Source: Chromera velia
Taxonomy: Eukaryota
NCBI GenBank assembly: GCA_018398765.1
Contig: JAHBMJ010000499.1
Coordinates: forward strand, 1-64,000
Reading direction: 5' to 3'
DNA: 64,000 bases
This document shows, in pieces, positions 1 through 14,665 of this stretch. Numbering within the stretch: position 1 is the stretch's first letter; each line of letters opens with the position of its first letter. A program made the position numbers and the translations under genes. The notes beneath the pieces are model-generated. The model was not told the origin of the DNA. It worked only from the letters and a program-made list of their open reading frames with translations, and searched no databases.

Positions 1-3000
1 GGGAAAGGGAGGGAAAGGGGGGGAAAGAGGGGGAGAGGGGGGTTGCTTCGGGGTGGGGGGGGCGAATCAAATCGAGGCTGGCCGAGAGCATGCGAAGTAC
101 TAGCGACTGAGTGTGACTGGAGCATCTTTTGTCTGAAGTTGAGAGTTCATGTGTCGAAAGGAGCAGCAAAGGGATGAAACGAGACAGAAAGAAGAGACGA
201 GATAGAAAGAAACTAGCGGGGCAGTCTACAATGTGTCCGGTCCCTTCCCTCCCTCCCTTTATTAAGCCGCTGACACGCGCGAGATGTATTTATGCTCGAC
301 GAGACGGCCGAGCCCTTCTATCAACGAGAACTTGAAGTCGATCGCCTACCCCTACGTCAGCTGCATATGAAACGCGGGCAGAGGACTGCCTGATTGTCGC
401 CGCCATGTGCTTATGCCTGCACGTGCCCACGACTGCCTGTGACCACCCTTGCACTCCTGCACTAAACTTGGAGGGGGAGTGAGCATTGCAAGGCTGAGCG
501 TCAAAGAGGTAGACTGCGAGAACAACAAGCCGAGCGCCGCATGTGCCACGCATTCGGAACTTCTGGAGCTCTTTTTGGAAGAGTGACCTTTCTTCTCTCT
601 CGGCTTCTCTTCTTTGCGCGTGACTTAGGAGTCAGACCCCTCATGTGGCTGAGAGTACGAGCATACGAGGGGGCGCCTTCATTCACTGTCTCCTTCTTGC
701 TTCCTTCTGCTGCTTTGAAACGTTTCAGGTTATTCCTGGCTTCCTCTTTAATTTAAGAAAAAGAGACTGAAAGAGGCGGAGAGAAAATGAGTGGACGAGG
801 AGCAAAAAGAGAAGAAATCTTTAAAGAGATGTCTGGTTCAACGAGAAAAGAAGAAAAAGCGAGGGGACAGCCCGTGCATGTCTCTGTGTCCCTTCTGTAT
901 CTTCTCCCTGCAGGGGGATGCCGATGCTTTGGAGGCCCTCTGGGTTTTCTGGGTATCGCCTCTCCCCCTCGCAGCACGGGAGTTGATGGGGGCCTTGGTG
1001 GAGCCAGCCGTCTCTGCGCGAACATCTGCGTGGAGCCAGACGGTGTACCGCCAGGCGTCTTCCTCCAATAGGTCTGACCGGCTACCGTTCATGGCCGTTC
1101 ATTCATTGATGTCTGTTGTCTTAATTTGCCTTTCTCTGCCTCTGTCACTTTCTATCCGTCTCTCACCTTACGTCGGAATGCAAGGTTTGCTGTATCTCTC
1201 TCTCATGTATCGCTAGTTCTTTCGGTTGCTTACCCCGGTTTGTATCCAGACTTTCGCCGTCTCTTCATGTTTTGTTCGTCCCTCGGTCTGCCCGTCTACT
1301 TACATTCAGAAAGGAGAACTGGAAGGGGATCTGTTGCAAGCGTACTGTTCTATCTGTTGCCCGCTTCCTTCCAGCAGGCCGGTCTAAGAAAGAGAAAGAG
1401 AAAGAGAGAGTGGGAGCAAGTGAAACAAAGTCAAAAAACGGAGTTAGCTACGTCTTTCTTTCCGCCAGTTCCGCATCTTTCTTTTCGCTTGGTCTGTCGT
1501 TGGTGGTGTTCGATCTACATCTTTGTTTTGAGATCACGGAGGTGTGGAGTTGCTTTGTTTTTCCATCTCGCTTCAAGGGGAACAAAGGTAGCATGAAAAA
1601 GACATGAGAGGAAAAGGAAACGGTCGCAGTGCGCAAGAGTTTGAAGAGTGAACATTTGTTGGAATACGCTTGTCTGTCCTTCTTAGAATTTTTGCATTGA
1701 CGCCGTCTCCGCTTTCTAATTTACCGCCTTCCGGTGCCCTCTGATACTGTCCCATTTGTGAATGTGAAGATCTGATGTGGTGGGAGCGTGTACGCGTGCA
1801 TGTGCATGCCTGAACTTTTGCCTCGTTAGTTCTTTGGTTGGCCGCACGTGTCGCTCTGAGTCTGTCTGTTTGTTGCTCGGTAGAAAGTCGATCGGTCTGC
1901 TCTTTTCTTTTCCCAGTTTCGGTCGTTTGCTTCTCTGTCTTCTCGCTGTGGCCGCCTTTTCCACTGGTTACATCGAGACGAACTCTTGTCATGCAGAGTG
2001 TGTTGTTCAAAGTGTGAGTCCTTCTCCTCTTGCCTCGCTGTAGCTGCCTTCGCTTGTCTGACTTTGCCGCATTGCTGCGAGACCGGCGGCTCGGAAGAGG
2101 AAAGAAGACAGTGAGGGGAAAACAAAGCGGGAATGAGAGGTAAGAGAGCGAAAGGGAGAGAGATAAAAAAAAAAAAGAAAAAGTAAAGTAAACGGCTGCG
2201 AGCGCATGCATCAGCATGGGGATGCATGCGTGCATGTGACCACACGGATACCGCGCGGGCCTCACTGTGTCTTGCTCTCTGTTGCTCTTTCTGTCTAGCA
2301 TTTCCGTCTCGTTTTTTCTTTCGCGGAGATTTGAGAGGTTAATGGAAAGCTAGAAAAACGTAAGACCTTGCATTGGGAAGCTTGCGGCCGTCGAGTGACG
2401 GGCTCTGCCGTCAGGTAGAGATGGTGTGCTTTTGCAGGCCACGAGCAAGCCAACGTCCCTAAAATGGGTTTTTCAAGGACAGACCTGGCGGGTTGGCGTT
2501 GCCGGCATGGCAGTGGTGATAGTACCTTTGCGCACGTTAATCTGATTAACTTGCGTCAATGGGAGGAAACTTTTCTGCTTGTCAGCTTTTGCGTCTAGAT
2601 ATTTTTGACTACCTCCTTAAAGGTGTTCTGTTGGTTGCATGGGTTTGCATTGTATCTGCATGGTTGATCGTGTCCTTTTGTTTGCCTTTTTTCCCTTTTC
2701 GCGCATGCTCGAATGTGTCTGGCTGATCGCGGGGACGCGATTTTCTTGTCTGTGGCTGGGGGGGATCTGTGGAATCCTACTCTGTGGCGCCGCCCTCTGG
2801 ACCCTTGCATGCGCTGTATATCTGAATGAGTCTGCGTGCCGACGCTAGGCTCCGCCGCCGTGCTTTATTTCATACGTGTCGCGCACGTCGATCAAAGTTG
2901 TTGAAGTCGATCGAGTCTGACCTTTGTATTCAAGCATGCAACATGTTACTCAAGCAACGGATAGCATCGTTTGAGTCTGATGTCTGTTCGTCATAGATCA

Positions 3001-4169
3001 AGAGAGCTTTAGAGTTTGAGAGAGAGGAATGAGCAGAAACCGTGTATGATAGAATGAATCTAGCTGATTGAAATCCCAGATCGCTCTAGAGATAAACTTT
3101 CTGTAAACTGTTACCTGATTGAGTGTTGCTTACGTTCCTTCTCTAGATCTTCCTAAGGTTCTTATCCTCGCTTTACCTTCTGTCTGGACGCCATAAGGTG
3201 GCCGGACAGAAGGGACAAAGCAAGGAGCTGGTCGGCGCTGGTCGGGATTGCGGGTTCAAGAGCAGGTTTTTCTATGGAGGGGGAGATGAGGGCGGTCTAG
3301 GCGTGCCTCACGGACCGGTACTATTGGAAGGTCCTTGGTTGTACACTGCAGCGGTATGTGGCTATCAACGTGCTGACTTCTGCCTTTCACGGCAGGGTTC
3401 AGCGGGGTCTTTTCCAGCTGGCCGCCCTTTTGGGACGCGAGTTCTTGATGCAGCTGGTGCATAAGAGAGACCGTTTTGTTTAAGAGGATCCTGAGATTGC
3501 TGCATGATTTGTTTAGATTTGTTTTTTGATGCATAGGTATGCATGGATGTTTGCGTGTTTGGTCTTCATTTCTTCTTTCTTCTGCAAGCAATTGTTGACA
3601 GTTGTATAGGTATGAGACACTCTGTATGTATATGTCGTGCTCGGCATCACATTTTTGTTTCTTTGATTGATTTTACTTGAGGGAGAGCTCTTACAGTGCC
3701 ACGGGAAGGTATACTACCATGCATGCATCTGTTTGCTGGTTCGTTGCATTCTTCTTGCTTATACTGTTGCTTTCAAACTTTTACCCACATTTCTTCCTTT
3801 TTTTCCATACTCCATGCAGCCAGTTCGGTTTGGGTTATGTTTTTTGTCTTTGTGCTTCAAGGTTTGAAGTCGATCTTTCTTAGTATTTTGATTTAAGCTC
3901 AGAATGTCTCGCTGCTGGCAGGCTATTTTGCAAGTTTTAAGCCTCTTTTTTGTCTACTCCGGTCGTCGTTTGTGTCCTCCAGCCGTCGGTCTTCACTGGG
4001 GATCGTGGCCGTGGTTCGTTGACCTAGGTATTGAACGCAGGCTTTGCCTTAGGTTTACGCTTCAGAATCTAAGGATTGAACCTATGCCGTCGCCCCTAGG
4101 ACCGGGTGGTGAGCTCAATATCATCTATGACTGGACCCGCGGTGGCCCGGCCGCGTATGTATGAAGAAC

Positions 4170-4755
4170 CTATGATTAAACACACAATTTGGCAAAAAAA
4201 ATATTTTATACAAAAAAATGGAAATGCATCAGAGTAAGGTTGGGAGAGTTATACGGGCTTGACCTACTGTGTGGATTGTCAAGTTGTGTGTAGTTGTGTG
4301 TAACCTAGTGTCTGTCTAAAAAGTTTTAAAAAGTTTACTACCTGTATACATGAGAACTAACAACGCGTACGTATTTTTTAGTCTATAATGATATTAAATT
4401 ATATGCATTACTTCCGCACATAAAAGTCATATAAAATGATGTGTGGTGCCAGAAGAAGTTTGATTGATGAATGTAAAAGAATGTGAAGCTAATTAAAGTT
4501 AATAGGAGTTAACGTACACGGTCAACTAGGCGGTTCATTTCCCTATCTGAATTTTATGTTAAATTTATGAAATTTGTGGTATTTGATCGGGTTCAAATAG
4601 ATTTAAATGGATTCAATCTAGTTTAACGTACAAAATTAGAAATGGTCCGAAATACAATAACAGATAAAGAAGTAAAATCAAAATCCATCAACAAAATAAA
4701 AGGGCAGTGAAGCAGGGAGCACATACATTAATATTTTTATATTGTTTTAAGGTTT
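4170..4755. other. AT-rich intergenic island 1
   Basis: Abrupt switch to AT-rich sequence with A/T tracts and no long ORF, against a roughly balanced-GC background. Confidence 0.8.
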
Positions 4756-4946
4756 ACATGGGTTGCGTGTCTAGCTTGCTTATATTCCCGGCTGCCATGT
4801 CACAGGAATAAGTATCTTTGTGACTCATCCGAAGACCAGCAATCAATGCAATCAATCGAGGCACTGGATACAGAAGAGAACGACGCCCAGCCATTACTAC
4901 AGCATGCAGGCCACTTGATATATATACACTCTTTGAGTATAGACAT

Positions 4947-6893
4947 TCAACTTGGAAGTGGCCGAGGCAGTGGTAGGCCGCAGTGCGCCATCTCATACGC
5001 CCTCTTTGATGGTCTTTGAGCTCGCCACTCACTTTTCAGGGACTCTACACGCCCCAATGGTGCGTGCCTCCTGCAGAACCGTCAAAGAATGAGGGAGGAT
5101 GTGCCCACATGGGCGCATTTTCCGATTTCGAAGAAAACAATTCAAGTCAGATGTGACTGTGTATGTTTCTTGTGTGTCTGTCCAATGAGAGAGAGAGAGA
5201 GGGAGGGAGAGAGAATCCATTGAGACAGACAGATTGAGAAAAGGACAGCGAACAGAGCTCTTCGAGATTAGAATGCCCATGCTGACAAAAAAGAAATAAG
5301 AAGAGCATGATGAACTCATGAACTATGCAGAGGTTTACAATCTCTACGGATATATGATAAGGGAAGCGGAAGACAGACAAGCCACAGACGTCATTTGGAA
5401 TCAACCTTAGCTGCATGAAGTCTCGAATGCCATTCTCGTTGTGCTCGATCATGTCCACTGCCTGCTTGGTGTACGTACTTCTGGACTCTCAACAGCAATT
5501 CCGCACTCTCCCATTCACCCCCTCCCTGCATGCGGATTCAAAAAAAGAAACTCAAAAATCAATGCGTCACGCAAGTTAAAATCGGTACCTCCGTCTGTCT
5601 AAAAACAAAACAGCAGAATCACATAGAGAGGTTGGAGAACAATGCTACATGTAAATCACTGCCTGCCACGAAAGGTGAAAGCGCGCCGAATGATTCCATG
5701 CAGGACCACAGAGACTGCTGTCCCCATGGTTTTTTTCTGGCTCAGTGCATCGGTAGGTGAGCGAGAAAATTACTTGACAATTTTTGACGTACGATTTCGG
5801 TCTTTCTGAGTTTGCCGTCGAGTCTCCCTCCGGACAATTTGGTCGCCATCATCGTGCACTTGTACGCGTCATTCTGTAACAGAAAGAGGGAGAAAAGGAA
5901 AGCTTCATTATTGAATCGCAAATACAACCACAGAAAAAAATTCATGAAGGGAGCTGCATAGAGATCAATTCTCTGTGAAAAAAGTTGGATAAGGAGCAGG
6001 CAATACGTTCAATTACCAAAGGAGAATCCCAAAAGAGAGCATCTGTCTGTACATTCAAACGCAATATCAGAGAGAGATCCCCACGACATTTTGAAGGCTC
6101 TCCACGCACCAACCTGCGAGAATCCCTCCTTGTTGTCCCACTTGGTCTTTTTCTCATCCAGCTCGTCTTCTGTCTGACGAGTCCCGAGCATCGACATCAG
6201 CTGCACGGATGCATCATTGGTCGGAGTTAAGAAGTAAACGCGTGTAGAAAAGAGAGGGGGTATCGAGGATCAGGGTAATCGGAGATGCATATAGTAAGAG
6301 CTTTTGTTTCCAAGCATTTGCTTTTTATTTCTTTTCAGACAGACCTTCATCTGAAAGATTTCGTCGTTCATCAGCAGCTTCTGCACCTCCGCGAGCATGA
6401 GATCTGGGTTCCTTGCTTCGAGGACGTTTCGAAGAAGAATCTTGTCAGCTCTGGGCAGAGAAGAATCAGCAGACCCGGCCTCGACGTAGGTGCCCTTCAG
6501 CCGTTTGCTCCGGCGTCCTGAGCTGCTGGCAGATGCAGAGGTAGACGGAGGCTCTGCTTTGAGCGGAGGCTTTTTCGCAGTTGGGGGGGTGGTGGGTTTT
6601 TTGGGGGTACGCTTTGGCTCTGGTTCCATTTCTTCCTCTTCTTCTTCACTTGCGTCGTCATCTTCGTCTTCTTCGTCCACCAAATCTGAGTCAGAAGACG
6701 AATCGGAGTCGTCTTCTCCATCTCCGTCTAACTCATCGTCTTCAGCGTCGTCGTCGTAGGCAGAATCTTCGTCGCCTTCTTCATCATCTTCGTCTTCTTC
6801 CTCTTCCTCTTCCTCTTCTTCGTCGTCCTCTTCTTCCTCGTCTTCCTCGTCCTCTTCCTCTTCAGGTTGTTTCTCAGGCTTCCTTTTCGCCAT
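4947..6893 (-). CDS. Multi-exon hypothetical protein with a long Asp/Glu-rich N-terminal tract followed by a basic Pro/Lys patch (probably nuclear)
   Basis: ATG at 6893 (MAKRKPEKQPEEEEDEED...). Exon 1 to ~6346 (...NDEIFQMK|gtctgt). Further GT-AG-bounded exons at ~6114-6200 (LMSMLGTRQTEDELDEKKTKWDNKEGFSQ), ~5790-5872 (NDAYKCTMMATKLSGGRLDGKLRKTE), ~5406-5485 (SRSTYTKQAVDMIEHNENGIRDFMQLR) and a probable last exon ~4947-5070. The 3' end is uncertain and no family was recognised. Confidence 0.65.
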
Positions 6894-7686
6894 TTGCGAT
6901 CGATCGGTTCTCACAGCAAGTGGCTCCTGTATTTGCAAGAAACAAGAACAAGAATGAAGCCGGAAAAGTTGGTAGCTGTACAGACGAGCGGCTATTCGTG
7001 GGCTGTTGCAAGAAGCTGCAAGCAGCCGGCTTCGTGACAGAAGATCGATTCTAGGAGGGTCACAAGATCACAAATGCAAGTCCAATCCAGTGAGCAGTGC
7101 ATGCATGCAGTGCATGATCATGAGGCCGGATTATGGCCGGATTAATTTGTCCGTTTTTTGCTCGGATGCATGGCAGTTCGCGGTATAGCCTTGAAGGGCC
7201 TTGAGAAAAACGAATTTGCATCTCGTCGCATGCGAGCGCTCGCACGCGCAAACGATACGAAGCAAAGGTCTCAATCCAAGGCACTCACACAGAGTTGGGT
7301 GTGTCACGTTATGACTCGAACGAATTTGCATGCATCGCGTCTTCATCTGACCTGCATACATGGACACTTGCATGTGAGAGCTATAGCTGAGAAAACAGCT
7401 TTATGTATATAGCTCAGCCTATAGCTGTCATCATAAAAGCATCTGTACAAGTACATTTCTAACAGTATGTAGACGTCGAAAGTGAAACATGAAAACAAGA
7501 AGTCACACTGAAACGGAGGGAAAGCAGAGAAGACAGTCAGAAAAATGCAGCAGACTGATCTGATCTGATCTGACCGCCTGCCCCTTCAGAGAGTGGACAA
7601 GAATCACGGATCCAGAAGTACAGGAGCGCAGAGAGAAAAAAGACTGAACTTGCCTTTGGACCCGACTGAAGAAGTACCCGGGTGAG

Positions 7687-9716
7687 ATGAGTGAAGAATT
7701 GGAAGGACTGGCCGTGCGCAGGCAGAGCAATGCCGCGCGTCTGCAGACCCTCCACGAGGACGAGGTGGTTCTCGGTCAACACTCAGGCAGCCTTCCTGGC
7801 ATGCACCTGCTGGACCAGAGCGAGCAAAACGATCCTTCCAGCAGCAGCAGTGGCGGAGGTCCTGGGCCTCACACGGAAAGGGAGAGAGAGGGGGAAAGGG
7901 GGCAGAGCAGACGGGGGTCTGTTGGGTCATCCGTGGGACGTCATTCCTCGGTGTCACACAGGCGCCATCGGCTTGCCTTCAGAGCCTCCACAGCGAGCCT
8001 CAGCGATCAAACGGTTTGTCCCCTACTCACCTGTCCGTCTACATCCCAATGCATGCACACTTGCGTTCACCCCTGTCCTTCCTGTATCTCTGTGGACTTC
8101 GTTTGTCCTCTCTACGTGGTTTATTTGGGTTCAGCTTTGCTCACTTCAGTCTGGTGCCGACACGCTTTCTTTCTGCTCTCTTTTCTTCGGTAGCATGTGT
8201 GCCTGGGTGTCTAACTGTCTCCCTCTTCGCACATAGACTGGTATGCGCTTTTGAAGGTCAGTCACGTGCGTGTGTATGTCTTTGTGGGCGCGGGTATTTG
8301 AGGATGTGTTCGCATGTGTATGGATGCAAGACTCTTTTCGTGTTTGCAGTCCGCAGGCAGACCTCCCTTCACGCGGGCGATCACCGTGACTTTCACAAGA
8401 CACCCGGAGATCCATTTCTCCAGAAACGCGACGCTCCTTGGGACCTCCTGTGCTAGCTCCGTCTCGGGTGCGGCTCTGAGCATGGCGCGGGTTCACGCAA
8501 TGCTCGGAAGGCAGGACACAAGACGAAGCTCAGTGTCGTCTGCCGGGGCCCCGTCATCCCCCTCTCTCCTGGGTCCTTTGGGCCCTTCGCGGAGTGTGAA
8601 GAGGATGTCTTTAGGGGAAGAGGCGATCGGACTGGTGGCCGGCAACCTTGTGGGAGCGGTAGAGGTGGACAGCTTGGGGGAGGGGGGGGATCTTCATTCT
8701 GACCCATGCCACGACGCCTGCTCTTCGTCTTCCTCCTCTTCAGGTCCCCCTAGGATGCATTCCATCAACGCAGGGCTGTTGTTCTCCCCCCAAAACGCAT
8801 CAGATCGACCCGAGACCCGTAGACGGACAAAACACGTGGAGTGGGAGCTTAAGGAACAACAAAGAAGAGTGAGTGCAGCAGGATTTCAGGAAGAGGACCC
8901 TGCAGTAGAGCCAGAAGGAAGAGCGCGCAGAGGTTCTGTACCAAAGAAAATTGAGTTTGAGGAACGTCCCGACTTGAAATTTATTCACCAGAGTGGGGGC
9001 AGTGACGGCTCTCAGGTCTCTGCAGGGGTCGCATCTGTCGGGGCACAGTCCTCAATTTATCGGCCAGCTTCTCTACCTCAGCAGTTGGCTGCAAAGCTAG
9101 CAAAAGACCCGAGGATGCTGAACAGAAGCAATGAGAGCAAGAGAGGCCGAGCTATCATTTTAAAGGTCCGAAAGGCCCAGAAGCTCTTCACGACAAACGA
9201 CGTTGCGAGGAAGTCAAGAGGGTCGCTCAGAAAGGCCGCCAGAAAATTCGCACAGAGAGCTAGCCGGTAAGCCAGGTCAACTCATGGTTGCCAACACGCA
9301 AATCTGCATCTGACTTTGCACACATATGCAGTCACACGACCAAGGACTAATAGTCGAGAACATGGTGCAATTCCCGCGTGTGCTTTTCTTCGGCTCTTGT
9401 TCGGTCTCCCTTTTCCTGTGATGATATATATTTCCGGCTGTCCATCCATCCATTCATCTGCATGTCCATGGACGCTCTCCCTTTTGCAGTCTGGCAGAGG
9501 ATCTGATTCAGGCAAAGGCTGCGACTGTCATCCAAAAGTATTGGCGTCTTCGCAAATTTCGCGAAAGTTTTTGGCGTTTTTCTCAGGTGGGCTGAGTGAG
9601 TGAGTGAGTGAGTGAGTGAGTGAGTGAGGCCGCATCGATCGAGGCGGTGATCGATTTTGTTGGTGGTATCGCTGTACGTACCCCCATTCAAACTTGTTTC
9701 TGTTCATTCCTCTCTT

Positions 9717-9752
<36 letters not shown>

Positions 9753-12700
9753 TCTCTTCTACATCCATTCAATCTTACTTTGCTGCCTTGCACTGACTCT
9801 TCGCGACTGGTGACGGTCTCGCAAATGCACTTTTGCATGCATGTTCAGGCACACATACAGACATGTAGACATGAGGCGATCTTTTTCCCTCCCTCTGCTG
9901 CAGGAGACGGTTGGGTACGTCGGCAGTCTCGGCTGGCTCGTCCACCACCCAGAGCACGAGATCGCAATGGAAGCAGCCAGCGTAGAGGAGCAGACGAAGT
10001 GGCAGGAGATCAAAAACATGTCTCCTCCTGACACACTGTTGGACCCTTTTGGGTACCTCCAGATGTGCGTCGATCAATCGATTTCTTTCTTTCTTTCTTT
10101 CTTTCTCTCTTTCTTTCTTTCTTTCTTTCTTTCTTTTCCTCTCAGCATTTTGTTCGTGTGATCTCCTTCTTTTTTTGCTCCTGCCTTGGCCTGCATGTAC
10201 GTGTACATGTACATGTACATGTTTTGTGTTATCTGCATACATTTGTAGAAACGCACACACCCACACCTACAGATTCATGCGTGTGTACTTATGTTTGTCA
10301 GTGTAAATCAAAAAGAGGTCGGACCGTACTTCTTCATCTCCTCTCCTCTTTTTTCTCCAGTGCCTCGCCATCCCTCGTCTCTTCTTCTCTCATCTACACG
10401 TAATCGTTTAATTGTCCTGATAATGCTTTGTGTGCACCGACCGACACACATGCACCCTCCGGCATGCAGGCAACAGAAACGGGTTGCGGACCTGGAGAGG
10501 CTGGTGCACTACTCAGAGGCGGCCGGCAACATCACGCCGAAAACTGCTGAGAACATGCGAATTCACATACGGTCAGGCAGGAAGACAGGGAGGCAAATGC
10601 AGACAGCTAGATGGAAGTATGAGGACGAAAGTAAGAGGGACCTGTGCGATCGAATTCTTTGTTTTGTGAAATTGTGGGTGCCTCGTCTTGAGTTCATTTG
10701 CTTCAAAAATATGCAAAATTTCTGAGTTTTCATGTTTCACTCTTTCCGCACCCATCCGCGCAACAGCTCTGCCGGCCGAGTCAGACAATCAAAAAAGACG
10801 TGTCTCGAAACAAGATTTTGAATCGCCATCTGTTCTGGTGCAGAAGTTCCGTCGACCCCGCAAGCTACGGTCCCTTCTACGTTGCATACTACGGATGGGA
10901 TCCGTTTTCGGACGGTTCTCTTGTCAGAGTGCCCTCTCCAGATGGAACAGGGGGATTCATGTATGCACCCACAGGCAAAGGGAGGGGCCTTCCGAAGACT
11001 CAGTGGAAGTACGAGGGCATGTTCTTTCGCTCTGTGCAGGAAGCAGGTCTGTCTGTCTTTTTGTTTGTTTGCTTGTCTGTGCGTCTGGCTTTCTGTCTGT
11101 GTGTTTGTTTGTCTGTGTGTTTGATTGTCTATGCAGGTTTAAGGTGTGGCCTCCCGCCTCTGCCTGTTCCTGTATGTATGTATGTATGTATCAATACGTA
11201 TGTGTGTGCGTGTTTCTGTCTCTTTCTCTGTCAGATTTCCATCAACACGATCAACATGAAAGCCGCTCTCCGTTCTCCTTCCCTTTCAAAATTCTCGATC
11301 GCTGGAAAGAAGCTCTCCGAACAAAGACAAGCTTACCACTTAACGTTCCAACCGCACAGAGCAATTTACACATTCTTCCCTCCTGATTTTGCAGGTCCAT
11401 TGCCCGAAAGTGCCGCACTTGTCCGGGTCGTTTGCAACGATCTCAACTCTGCAACACCTGTGGAGACCGAGCTTAGCTCGGCACAGTTCCCCCCAGAGCG
11501 TGTGATCCAAAAAGAGAGAGAGAAGGCGCAAAGAAGTCCCGGCTGGAAGATCTCCATCGCAAAGACCGACGCTCAAGAAGTTGCTGCCGAGCTACAGGAT
11601 GTAGCTCGGTCTTTGACTTCCTCCGCCGCCCTTCAGCCTTCGTTCAGCATTAGCAGCTGCGAATCTTCCGTCTTTCCAGACGTTGCCATTGACCAAAATC
11701 CCTTTTTCAACAACGTGAACTCCCCGGCAGCCTCAGGTTCAGGTTCGTTCGTTGGCGGGGGCAGAGACAGAGAGGAGACAGGAGGAGGGCAGCTTCTCGA
11801 CCCTTCCAAGGCCGGGGTGTCTCCTTTTCAGTCTGGGTTCCAGCCCTCGGTCTCTTCCCACTCAACCAGCCTCATACCCCCCCATCGCGACGGCCGAGGG
11901 GGGGCACACGGGGACCCTCTCCGGTCACGGGGACCTGCCAACACCGCACCCTCTTCCACATCTGCGACCGCAGCAGGGGCAGCAGCGGCAGCCATAACGG
12001 TCCCTCAGCCAGCAGATGCGGCAAACGACAGTGGCACAGGGGAGCGCATGGAGCCTCCAGAAGGTCCGGCTTCATCGTCACGACCTCAGGGAGTGGCAGT
12101 CCAGCCCCAACTGCCTCAGAGCACATCTACACTTTCATTTTCTGCCGCAAACAGGCAGATAGACCCTCAGGAAGAAGTAGTCATGCTGCTGTCTCAGAGA
12201 AGAAAAGCATCAAGCCCTTCGGGCGAGTCACCACCACAAGCAGCCGAAAGGAGTTCGCCTCCACACGCATCAGCCCCCCATTCACCAGCTGCCTCCAACA
12301 GAGTGCTGAGCCCAAACGTCCAACGAAGGCCTTTACCAATGCACACATCTTCCATGTTGAACCCCTCATTGAACCCGTCTTCTCTTTCCCTACACGTATC
12401 CCCTGCTGTGTCCCTTCCCTTACCCCTCCTCCCCGCGATGTCCCCCCCCTCCTTCCTCCACACATCCCAGCAACCATCCAGCGTTCCCGTCTCCCCTTCC
12501 TCCTCCTTCCTGGCCTTCATGCCGCCGAGAGGATTTTCTGAGGCGGTCACGCCCCTGTCGGGCGGTCAGGGCACTTCAAGACACCAGAGTTCTCCTCTGT
12601 TCCCTTCCCCGTCTCCCACCATGAACTCTGGAGAGGCGAGCTCCTCCAGTTCATGCAGTCCGCCGCAACCCCCAACTTTTTTTGTTCCACATCATTCGCC

Positions 12701-13727
12701 TCCAAACGTCTTTCCTTTTCGCCTTTCCGGAAGTGCAGGTGTTTTTTCCTCCCCCACATCAACCCAAGCATCGACTTTCTCTTCACCCACAGGCAACAAT
12801 CCCTGGTTTATTCAGACTGTTTTCCATTCGCCCTCGAATGCACAGCAATCTTTGTCTTCCTCGTCTTCAACACATTGGCAAAACCTCCACTTTCTACCGT
12901 CTTCAGCTTCGGCACAAATTTGGATGTCCGTACAACCAGAGGGAGTCGAACGGCTGCTGACCTATGCGAAGGTCGCGCCGATCCTCAGTGATACCGAATC
13001 ATGCAAATTTCTGCCTGGTGGGCCCGTCTCTCTGCCCCCATGGCCGGGAACCCCCCCCTCTTGCCCCCCCGGCGGTGCTGTTTTCTTCCCTCACCCAGCT
13101 GCCCCCAACTCCTCCCAATTCCCGATGCCGGTCCGAATCCAATCTCAACAGAAACCACAACACCCCCACAGCGGGAACGACGTCTTTGTCTTCCCTCCCT
13201 CAAGCCCACAGACACACAGCCATGGCCGTCTCCTCCCAGGCGCCTCTCGGTTCCCCCCCTTTCCCCAATTTCAACCGGGTGCCTCTCCCGTAGCGCAGGG
13301 GGACGGTGCCAGTGGAGCCACCCCCTTCGGATCCCCTCAGGCGATCCACCGGACCCCAACCAAAGCCCCCATGCACAACTTCCCCCCCCGGACGGTTGTT
13401 AATTTTAGATTCGTTCCGGGATCCCAACACGACCTCCCTGTACCTCCCCCGCAGAGTCTACCTCCACCGCCATCCGGATTTTCGTTTTTTGACTCTGCCC
13501 CTTCCTCTGCAGGCGGCTCCCTTGAAGGCGTGGCCAATATGATGAACGGCGCGCCTGCTGCCCCTCTTCCCCCGGCCCTTGTTCTGCCCCCCTCTGCCTC
13601 GTCGCTTCCACAAGTTCTCCCAACAACGCCTACCGCGTCTCTCAGCAGACAACCACAACGCGGAATGACAGTCTCCACTGCCTTCCACTCGCTTTCGGGG
13701 GTTCCACCTCAGTCATCCTTTTCATAG
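7687..13727 (+). CDS. Large multi-exon hypothetical protein with a central globular region and a ~800 aa Pro/Ser-rich low-complexity C-terminus
   Basis: Coding-like exons at ~7687-8012, ~8350-9265 (ends |gtaagc), ~9904-10063, ~10470-10670, ~10760-11046 and a long terminal exon 11235-13727 (TAG). They are separated by pyrimidine/microsatellite-rich introns. No known family recognised. Confidence 0.65.
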
Positions 13728-13966
13728 ACGGACCTACTACGGACGGAGTGTGAGGCAGAGGAGAGGGGAGGGCGGGTGTTCTGGAAGACCGAAGGGGAGA
13801 GGGAGGCGACAAGTCAAGGTGACTGTCTGGCCTTCTCTTTCTTCATTTATTCGTTCTCTTCTTGTGAACCAGCTGGCGGCGGAGTGAAGACAGCGAGTTT
13901 AACAATCAAATAGGGATCGAGGCCGGGAGGGAGGTTTGATGAATTAAGACGGAAGGGAAACGAAGT

Positions 13967-14665
<699 letters not shown>

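Noticed and set aside
1..62. G-quadruplex-forming G-run cluster
   Set aside because: Truncated at the window edge, and G/C runs are common here and associated with assembly gaps.
290..2850. Possible gene(s) at the left end
   Set aside because: Splice-like signals exist (e.g. ctgcag at ~913), but no consistent frame or recognisable protein could be assembled.
10698..11234. N-terminus of the 1009 aa ORF as a single-exon gene
   Set aside because: It starts at TTG and reads through TG/TC-rich intronic sequence (CLSVCL...). It is part of the multi-exon gene beginning at 7687.
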